A DNA stretch of 16,153 nt from positions 1 to 16,153 of the forward strand of contig JAYWEM010000170.1 of assembly GCA_043779265.1 (NCBI GenBank), written 5' to 3'. Shown here in pieces: positions 7,045-13,455 of this stretch (position 1 is the first letter of the stretch; every line of letters starts with the position of its first letter). The DNA is from a bacterium (GTDB lineage: Bacteria > Eisenbacteria > RBG-16-71-46). A program made the position numbers and the translations under genes. Under the pieces are notes generated by a model. It was not told the DNA's origin, ran no database searches, and worked only from the letters and a program-made list of their open reading frames with translations.

Positions 7045-9783
7045 TCAGTTCGACGCGCCGCGACCCGGCCCGCCACCGCCACTCACGGGTGCATTCTCGA
7101 TGCTGCGCGTCGCATCGAGCGCCGCCTTCACGCGGGCGCGCGACTCGAGCAGGTGGGCCCTCGTGTTGTCGCCGAGCGCAACGCCCGAAGCGAGCACGCG
7201 CGCACAGCGCTGATCGACGCGGGTCAGTGTGAGCCGGGCGAGCGCACGCGCGTCGTCGGGGGCACCGGCCGGTGGGTTGGTCACGAAGACCGCCATCCGG
7301 TCGATGAACGCGCGCTGCAGGTCGCGGCGCGTGTTCGGACCCTCGAGCGCCTGGAACGCCTGCGGCGAGGCGCCACCGACCTCGCCCCAGATCGCGCGAG
7401 TGAGTCGGTCGAAGTGCTCCGACATGCGGTACGGCGAGGACGTGCGGCTCTCGGACTCCTTCATGCGCGCCAGCAGCGCCGGCTGGATGACCGCACCGAG
7501 CATCGTGTTCTGGATCGCCAGAACGCGCTCGCCCCATGCATAGTCCTGCCGCTCGGCGAACGTGCCCTGGCCCATGCCCCAGTGCGACCAGCGATTCGGA
7601 GCGAGACGCATGAGCAGCGCCGGCGGCGCGGACATCGCATTGGCCGCCCACACCGTGCCGCTCAGGAACTCGAGCGCCTCGCGCTGCTTGTCGGCCGGAA
7701 CCGGGATGGCCGGGTCCCGCTCCATCGGCTGGCCGCGTTCGATGCGCGACATGTAGAGGCCGCCCATGTACTTGACCGCCATGCCCGCCGCGCGACCGTA
7801 CTCGCCGAGCGCGGTGTCCATGGCGCGGCGCAGCGACTGCAGGTCGCCCGAGTCGCCGACGATGCGTGACTCGAACTTGGGATCACGCCACAGCTTCGCC
7901 ACGTAGGCGGTGCGATCGCGGGCGTGTGCCAGCGGGTCGTCGCCCAAGTCGTAGATGTTGGTGCGCGGATCGGGAGCGAACGCCGGGTACGTGTCCTCGT
8001 CGGTCGAGTACTCGTGCCCCGGCTTCAGCGACTCGTCGGCGATCTTGCGGACGAAGGTGTAGTCGGCGTCCGGCGTCGCAGCGCCGCTCGGCGTGTAGCC
8101 GTAGCGGATCGCCCACACGTCGTACGTGCCCGGCGTCGTCGTGTAGTACTGGCCCTGCTTGGTGTGCGTCCCGTCGATGTTGGGCGTCGGGTACTCCATC
8201 ACCGAGGAGTAGAGCCCGTTCTTCTGCGTCCACGCGGCATCATGCAGGTGCGCGCGCGGCGTCGACGTGCTCGAGCGGAAGTTGTGACGCAGTCCGAGCG
8301 CGTGCCCGACTTCGTGCATGGTCACCCACACCGTGGCCGGACGCATGTACTCATCCGGCACCGGGCTGCCCGGTGTGAGCAGGCCGCCCATCAGCATCGA
8401 CATGTGCTGCATCGCGCCCGCGTCGGCGAGCGTCTGCCCCGACATGCACAGCTGGTCGAGCGTGAAGCCCTCCGGCAGGCTCTCGAGCGCGAACTGCGGC
8501 AGCGTGCTCTTGGCGATGTCCTCGGGGCCCGCGAAGCGGCGATACGTGTTCGCGTAATTCTGCAGCATCGACGCCTCGAACAAGATGTCGGAGTCGATGA
8601 TCTCGCCCGTACGCGGGTCGACGCGCGAGGGCCCGATGGCGCCGAAGGCCGGCTGCGTCGAAGTGATCCAGCGGATCGTGCTGTAGCGCGTGTCCTCGGC
8701 ATCCCAGTCCGAATCGTCCGCGGGCACGTCCTTGGCGATGATCGCGTTCTTGAAGCCGGCCGCCTCATAGGCAACCTGCCACTTCTCAATGCCCTCCTTG
8801 ATCCAAGGGCGGAACTTCTCGGGGATCGTCTTGTCGAGGTAGTACACGATCGGCTTGATCGGCTCGCTCAGCGTGGCGGTTGGATCCTTCTTCTCGAGGC
8901 GCCAGCGGTTCACATAGCGCAGCCAGAAGTTCTCCTTGTCGTCGCGCGCGAAGTCCTTGTAGGCCTCGAGGAAGTAACCGACGCGATTGTCGGCGTAGCG
9001 CGGCGCCATCGGGGCCGCCGGCAGGCGCGTGAAGGAATAGTGCAGGCCGATCGCGATGAAGCGGTCGTCGGGCACAGCCTCGAGGTCGAGCTTGGAGCGG
9101 TCGGTCGGCGAGTAGGTGAGAATCGCCTCGATCTCGGTGTTGTCCGGGAACGTCTTGGAGGAGCCCAGTGCCGAGCGGTCCTTGTCGAACCGCACCGCGA
9201 CGTTATCGAACGACTGACGGAGGCGCTCGCCCATGTCCGAGGCATCGCTCACGATGAGCGAGGCGATGTCGACCAGCACGGCCTTCGAGGAGTCATGCTC
9301 GCTCTCGATCTTGAAACCCGCGATCACGGAGTTCGGGATCGACAGCTCGCGCGCCAGGTCGATCGGCTGGCCCGGGTTGTGCGGGAACGACGGGTTCAGT
9401 TGCACGAGCAGGACGCGATCGCCGTGCCGCTCCCACTGCATCATGCGGTCCTCGTGCGGCAGTCCGCCGAGCACGAAGTTGGAGCCGATGCCGCGCGACA
9501 GACTCGTGATGTAGAGGAACGGCTTCTCGAAATCCTCCTTCGAGAGCTCCACGTACAGCACGTCCTTCTTGCGCCACAGCGTCAGGAAGCCGCTCTTCTT
9601 CTCGGCATCCTTCGTCGCCTTCTTCCACTCGATGAACGGCTTGTCCGGCGTCGCCGCGGGCGCTGCTCCGGACTTGCCCTTGTCCTTGTCCTTGGGCTTG
9701 GCGATCGCCGCCGGTGCGGAGAACGCGAGGCTCGCGAGAACAGCCGCGAGAATCAACTGGAAGGTGAGGCGACGAACGTGCAT
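7045..9783 (-). CDS. Secreted zinc-dependent metalloprotease, Met-zincin (DUF5118/DUF5117/DUF4953, EcxA-like; 912 aa)
   Basis: ATG 9783 with AGGAG SD and signal peptide MHVRRLTFQLILAAVLASLAFSAPAAIA. Motifs PRYADNRVGYF, RWRLEKKDP, DPRTGEIIDSDI, zinc site HEVGHALGLRHN and Met-turn SSVMEY. Confidence 0.95.
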   Translation of the reverse strand: MHVRRLTFQLILAAVLASLAFSAPAAIAKPKDKDKGKSGAAPAATPDKPFIEWKKATKDAEKKSGFLTLWRKKDVLYVELSKEDFEKPFLYITSLSRGIGSNFVLGGLPHEDRMMQWERHGDRVLLVQLNPSFPHNPGQPIDLARELSIPNSVIAGFKIESEHDSSKAVLVDIASLIVSDASDMGERLRQSFDNVAVRFDKDRSALGSSKTFPDNTEIEAILTYSPTDRSKLDLEAVPDDRFIAIGLHYSFTRLPAAPMAPRYADNRVGYFLEAYKDFARDDKENFWLRYVNRWRLEKKDPTATLSEPIKPIVYYLDKTIPEKFRPWIKEGIEKWQVAYEAAGFKNAIIAKDVPADDSDWDAEDTRYSTIRWITSTQPAFGAIGPSRVDPRTGEIIDSDILFEASMLQNYANTYRRFAGPEDIAKSTLPQFALESLPEGFTLDQLCMSGQTLADAGAMQHMSMLMGGLLTPGSPVPDEYMRPATVWVTMHEVGHALGLRHNFRSSTSTPRAHLHDAAWTQKNGLYSSVMEYPTPNIDGTHTKQGQYYTTTPGTYDVWAIRYGYTPSGAATPDADYTFVRKIADESLKPGHEYSTDEDTYPAFAPDPRTNIYDLGDDPLAHARDRTAYVAKLWRDPKFESRIVGDSGDLQSLRRAMDTALGEYGRAAGMAVKYMGGLYMSRIERGQPMERDPAIPVPADKQREALEFLSGTVWAANAMSAPPALLMRLAPNRWSHWGMGQGTFAERQDYAWGERVLAIQNTMLGAVIQPALLARMKESESRTSSPYRMSEHFDRLTRAIWGEVGGASPQAFQALEGPNTRRDLQRAFIDRMAVFVTNPPAGAPDDARALARLTLTRVDQRCARVLASGVALGDNTRAHLLESRARVKAALDATRSIENAPVSGGGGPGRGASN

Positions 9784-9990
9784 GTGCGGGGACTCCTGGC
9801 CCGCTCCCGGGTCGGTGAGCGGTGTGGGTGGAACGGCCGCGCCGGAGCGCGGAGCCTCGTCGACTGACGGGAACACGAGGACGTTAGAGAGGTCATGCCA
9901 GTCGCTGCGATGCCTCGCGGACGAGCGCGGCAAGGCCGCGCACAAGCGAGGCGGAGCGAGGGCCCCTTGCGCTGAGCCGGGACACGTTCC

Positions 9991-10014
9991 AACCCTCGAG
10001 GGCCGAGCGCCGTC
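9991..10014 (+). promoter_or_regulatory. Possible ECF-sigma promoter for the 10069 gene
   Basis: AAC-17 nt-CGTC, the common ECF -35/-10 core, about 55 nt upstream of the ATG. The motif is short and could be chance. Confidence 0.3.
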
Positions 10015-10068
10015 CGACCGGGTGAGCGTTTCCCGTGCCGCCCTCGTCTGGACCCGCCGGAGAACCCG

Positions 10069-10626
10069 ATGTCCCGTCGTCCTCCCATGATCCTCCGCGT
10101 CGCACTCTGGAGCATCCTCGCCAGCATCCCGGTGTGCTGGGTCGCGCTCGCGCTGGCTGCCGCGCACGGGTCGGCCGACGCGGTCCCGCCTGCATCTGTG
10201 GTCCTGCGCGGGTTCGGGCCCGCCGCGCTGGTGGCGCATCTGGCCGGTCACGAAGAACCGCACGAGCCCGACGCTTTCGGATTCGCGCTGATCGATCCGC
10301 GCGAGGGGCGCTCCATCCGGATGAGTGATCTGCTGGGGTGGGAGCGCGCCGAGGCGATGCGCGCGGGTCTTCGCTCGCCCCTCGCCCGGTTCCTGCTCGA
10401 AAGCGCGGAGTACAGGACCGATGACGCCTCGACGCTGGCCGACCTGAACGCGGCACTCGGGCCGCTGCGACGACTCGGCGATCGACAGGGCCGACTCGGC
10501 GAGCAGATGGAGCGGCTCGGCGCCGAGATGCGCGAGCACCATCACGAGATCCGTCGGACCGCTCGCGCGAGGCTCGAGCGCGCCGTCCGCGAGGGAAGGG
10601 CGGAGCGGCTTCACGCGGATGCGTGA
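10069..10626 (+). CDS. Hypothetical exported or membrane-anchored protein with short heptad-repeat coiled coil (185 aa)
   Basis: GGAG SD 6 nt upstream, an N-terminal hydrophobic segment, and heptads LGDRQGR-LGEQMER-LGAEMRE followed by ARLERAVREGRAERL. It fills the gap between two divergent units. Confidence 0.7.
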   Translation: MSRRPPMILRVALWSILASIPVCWVALALAAAHGSADAVPPASVVLRGFGPAALVAHLAGHEEPHEPDAFGFALIDPREGRSIRMSDLLGWERAEAMRAGLRSPLARFLLESAEYRTDDASTLADLNAALGPLRRLGDRQGRLGEQMERLGAEMREHHHEIRRTARARLERAVREGRAERLHADA

Positions 10627-10732
10627 GGCGCACTGGGGAGCGCGCCTACCGCCGCTTCCGCCTGATGTGCGACGGGCCGGGATCCGAGAGGGTCCCGGCC
10701 CGATTCGCGTGCGGTGAAGCTGCGATTCGGCA

Positions 10733-10762
10733 TTGCGGAGGTTCGGCAGCAAGGCGTAGCTT
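10733..10762 (+). promoter_or_regulatory. Sigma70-type promoter, probably giving a leaderless mRNA starting at ATG 10769
   Basis: TTGCGG-18 nt-TAGCTT, then 6 nt to ATG; no SD present. Confidence 0.55.
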
Positions 10763-10768
10763 TGAACC

Positions 10769-11553
10769 ATGCGCACAACACTCCGACTCCTGCTGGCGAT
10801 GAGCCTGCTGGCGATGGCCGCCGGTACCGGCCGGGCGACGACCCCGCATCCGTGCGACCGGTGGCCTGCGGCACCTGCCCCGGCAGGCGGGACGGTTCCG
10901 GATCAGCTCCTGATCCACTGGGGGATTGCTCCGTCACCGGCCAGGCGACGAAGTTGTTCGCCTGCGACGAGGTCGCGGGGCCGCCATTCGAAGCCTATCT
11001 GTCCCTGATGCTCAACCGGCCCATGCCGCATCTTCGCAGCTTCTTCTTGGACCTCTGGGTGTTCACCGACTCGGCGCGCCCACTCGAGGACTGGTGGCGG
11101 CTGACCAGCTGTCGTGGCACCGCGTTCTCGACGGGCTTCTTCCCCATCGAAGAGAGCTCCTGCACGGAGCTGAGCGACCTGTACGCGCTCGGGGCCGGAG
11201 GCTCCGACTACATCGAGGGCGCCAGCTTGCCCAATGCCGGCCGCCTCCGATTCGCCTACCAGGTGGAGGCCATCGACCCGCTGCTCGACACGATCCCCGC
11301 CTTCACCGAGATCACGGTGTTCCGACTGAACTTCCCCCGCCGCTCACCCTCGGGAACGCCCATCTGCACCGGCTGCGAGAAGCCCGCCTGCATCTGGTTC
11401 GGCCACGCGACTCTCGAGGATGTGACGCAGAACGATGTGCGCTGGATCTCCGGCAGCTCCTCGTCGCTCCTGCGCTGGCAGGAAGGGCCGCTCGACACGG
11501 GTACTCCGGCGCGCGCCTCGAGTTGGGGCCGCCTCAAGTCGCTCTATCGGTGA
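10769..11553 (+). pseudogene. Exported Cys-rich protein with C-terminal TPARASSWGRLKSLYR tail, split by a -1 frameshift near the G5 run at 10920-10924 (real lesion or sequencing error)
   Basis: The 10769 frame gives signal peptide MRTTLRLLLAMSLLAMAAGTGRA...QLLIHWG. The 10714 frame gives the protein-like body DCSVTGQATKLFACD...ICTGCEKPACIWF...WGRLKSLYR. One extra G joins them as IHWGDCS, 261 aa in total. Confidence 0.75.
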
Positions 11554-11581
11554 GGGGCGCTTGGAGAACGTCGCCCGGGGA

Positions 11582-11611
11582 TTGCGCCGCCCGACTCGGC
11601 CCGCGTAGATT
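11582..11611 (+). promoter_or_regulatory. Sigma70-type promoter for the DHS-like gene
   Basis: TTGCGC-18 nt-TAGATT, about 125 nt upstream of the ATG. Confidence 0.5.
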
Positions 11612-11735
11612 CGCCCTCCCCGAGCCACCCGACGCGTCGATGGCGGTGCCCCTGAGCGCACCGTAGAGCGTCCGCCCGCGGTGTGGTCGTTCGTCCCGGC
11701 CGCGGTGTCATCCCCTGACGGCGCGAGGACCTCAC

Positions 11736-12719
11736 ATGAGCACGACCGGCCCGATCTCCACTTTCATGGAGCGGCACTTCCGCCACTTCAACGCAGCCGC
11801 GCTGATGGATGCTGCCAACGCCTATCGCAAGCACGTCGAGGGTGGCTCGCCGATGCTGGTGACGCTGGCCGGCGCGATGAGCACCGGGGAACTCGGCCGC
11901 TCGCTCGCCGAGATGATCCGTCAGGGCAAGGTGCACGCCGTGTGCTGCACCGGCGCCAATCTCGAGGAGGACGTGTTCCATCTCGTGGCGCACTCGCACT
12001 ACCAGCGCATCCCGAACTACCGCGAGCTGACGGCGAAGGACGAGGAGGCGCTGCTCGCGCGCCACCTCAATCGCGTCACCGACACCTGCATCCCCGAGCA
12101 CGAGGCGATCCGTCGCATCGAGAAGGCCGTGCTCAAGGAGTGGGTCGCGGCCGACGAGGCGAAGACGCCGCGCTTCCCGCACGACTTCATGTACCGGATC
12201 CTGCTGAGCGGCGCGCTGAAGGAGTTCTACGACTCGGATCCCAAGGACTCGTGGCTGCTCGCCGCGGCCGAGAGGAACCTGCCGATGATCGTGCCCGGCT
12301 GGGAGGACTCGACGCTCGGCAACATCTTCGCGAGTCACGTGATCTCGGGAGACATCAAGAGTGTCCACACCGTGCGCACCGGCATCGAGTACATGATCGA
12401 ACTGGCGTCGTGGTACACGGCGACCGCCAAGACGGACAAGAAGATCGGCTTCTTCCAGATCGGCGGCGGCATCGCCGGCGACTTCCCGATCTGCGTCGTG
12501 CCCATGCTGCACCAGGACCTCGGGCGCACCGAGGTGCCGCTGTGGGGCTACTTCTGCCAGATCTCCGACTCCACCACGAGTTACGGCTCCTACTCGGGCG
12601 CGGTGCCCAACGAGAAGATCACCTGGGGCAAGCTCGGGGCCGAGACGCCCAAGTTCATCATCGAGTCCGACGCCACCATCGTGGCGCCGCTGGTGTTCGC
12701 ACACGTCCTGGGCTGGTGA
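11736..12719 (+). CDS. Deoxyhypusine synthase-like protein (bacterial DHS family; 327 aa)
   Basis: GAGGA SD. Motifs TLAGAMST, TGANLEEDV, RVTDTCIPE, PGWEDSTLG, IGGGIAGDF and YGSYSGAVPNEKITWGK, the last equivalent to eukaryotic DHS SGARPDEAVSWGK with the imine-forming Lys retained (K299). Confidence 0.95.
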   Translation: MSTTGPISTFMERHFRHFNAAALMDAANAYRKHVEGGSPMLVTLAGAMSTGELGRSLAEMIRQGKVHAVCCTGANLEEDVFHLVAHSHYQRIPNYRELTAKDEEALLARHLNRVTDTCIPEHEAIRRIEKAVLKEWVAADEAKTPRFPHDFMYRILLSGALKEFYDSDPKDSWLLAAAERNLPMIVPGWEDSTLGNIFASHVISGDIKSVHTVRTGIEYMIELASWYTATAKTDKKIGFFQIGGGIAGDFPICVVPMLHQDLGRTEVPLWGYFCQISDSTTSYGSYSGAVPNEKITWGKLGAETPKFIIESDATIVAPLVFAHVLGW

Positions 12720-12729
12720 GCCGGCACGG

Positions 12730-12758
12730 GTGACCCTTCGCCGCCAAGGGTCTACCCT
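12730..12758 (+). promoter_or_regulatory. Possible promoter with overlapping inverted repeat upstream of the chalcone-isomerase-like gene
   Basis: GTGACC-17 nt-TACCCT, overlapped by GACCCTT-N7-AAGGGTC (12732-12752). Confidence 0.3.
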
Positions 12759-12818
12759 CCCAGCACGCTTCCCTCGGCTCGGTCGCCGAGTCCCCATCTG
12801 AAGAGGAGGTTCGTTCGC

Positions 12819-13382
12819 ATGCGATCACTCACCCGCTCGCTGCTCGCCGCAGTCGCTGTGACAACGCTCGCCTCGGGCGCATTCGCGGCGGAACTCTCCG
12901 GCGTCAAGATGCCCGACAAGCTCTCGGTCGCGGGCGAGGACCTGGTCCTGAACGGCCTCGGCCTGCGCAAGATCATCATCATCAAGGTCTACGTCGCCGG
13001 CCTCTACGTGCAGGCGAGAACGAAGGACGCCGGCGCCATCCTCGCCAGCAGCACCCCCCGCGCGATCCGACTCGAGTTGGTGCGCGATGTGGACAAGGGG
13101 CGCCTGACCAACGGTTTCAAGGAGGGGATCGAGAAGAACGGCGGCGACAAGGTGGCGGCCCACCGCGAGCATGTCGATGAGTTCCTCGCGTGCTTCGGCG
13201 ATCAGAAGAAGGGCGAGGTGATCCTGTTCGCCGACGCCGCCGAGGGTGGCGTGGCGATCACGATCGGCGGCAAGGTCAAGAGGATCGTGGGCGACCGCGA
13301 GTTCTCGAACCTGGTGTTCGCGATCTGGCTCGGCGCGAAGCCGCCCTCGGACGATCTCAGGAAGGGCATGCTGGGCGGCTGA
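12819..13382 (+). CDS. Exported chalcone isomerase-like fold protein (Chalcone_3 type; 187 aa)
   Basis: GAGGAGG SD, signal peptide ending AFA, family signature GVKMPDKLSVAGEDLVLNGLGLRKIIIIKVYVAGLY, and C-terminal FAIWLGAKPPSDDLRKGMLG. Confidence 0.92.
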   Translation: MRSLTRSLLAAVAVTTLASGAFAAELSGVKMPDKLSVAGEDLVLNGLGLRKIIIIKVYVAGLYVQARTKDAGAILASSTPRAIRLELVRDVDKGRLTNGFKEGIEKNGGDKVAAHREHVDEFLACFGDQKKGEVILFADAAEGGVAITIGGKVKRIVGDREFSNLVFAIWLGAKPPSDDLRKGMLGG

Positions 13383-13408
13383 GTCTGCGCCCAGCTCTTG
13401 GATGCATG

Positions 13409-13440
13409 AAGGGGCGCCCGGCCGAAGCCGGGCGCCCCTT
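13409..13440. terminator. Hairpin between convergent genes, probable bidirectional terminator
   Basis: Perfect 14-bp stem AAGGGGCGCCCGGC/GCCGGGCGCCCCTT. The loop reads cUUCGg on the minus strand; U tails are short on both sides. Confidence 0.8.
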
Positions 13441-13455
13441 GGCGCTGCCGCCTCG

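Noticed and set aside
5842..9867. Long plus-strand ORFs 5842..7869 and 7924..9867
   Set aside because: Antisense shadows of the amidohydrolase and metalloprotease.
9886..9900. TGGCATGA on the minus strand as a sigma54 promoter
   Set aside because: No GC dinucleotide at the -12 position.
9912..9952. Imperfect hairpin in the divergent intergenic region as an ncRNA
   Set aside because: Two 7-bp GC stems are unremarkable at this GC content, and I recognise no RNA family.
10714..10768. Start at 10714 giving an intact 279-aa protein
   Set aside because: No SD or signal peptide, it overlaps the candidate promoter, and the first ~69 aa look off-frame.
9784..10776. 331-aa N-terminal extension making a 1243-aa metalloprotease
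   Set aside because: The SD and signal peptide are at 9783; the extension is antisense to the 10069 gene and not protein-like.
2103..12719. DHS-like enzyme deoxyhypusinating the EF-P in this window
   Set aside because: This EF-P has Asn, not Lys, at the modifiable position, and the genes are 9 kb apart on opposite strands with unrelated genes between.
11544..12797. 417-aa minus-strand ORF
   Set aside because: Antisense shadow of the DHS-like gene.
12972..12983. (ATC)4 microsatellite
   Set aside because: Encodes IIII at a hydrophobic position of the family motif LRKxxxxKVY; too short to be a contingency locus.
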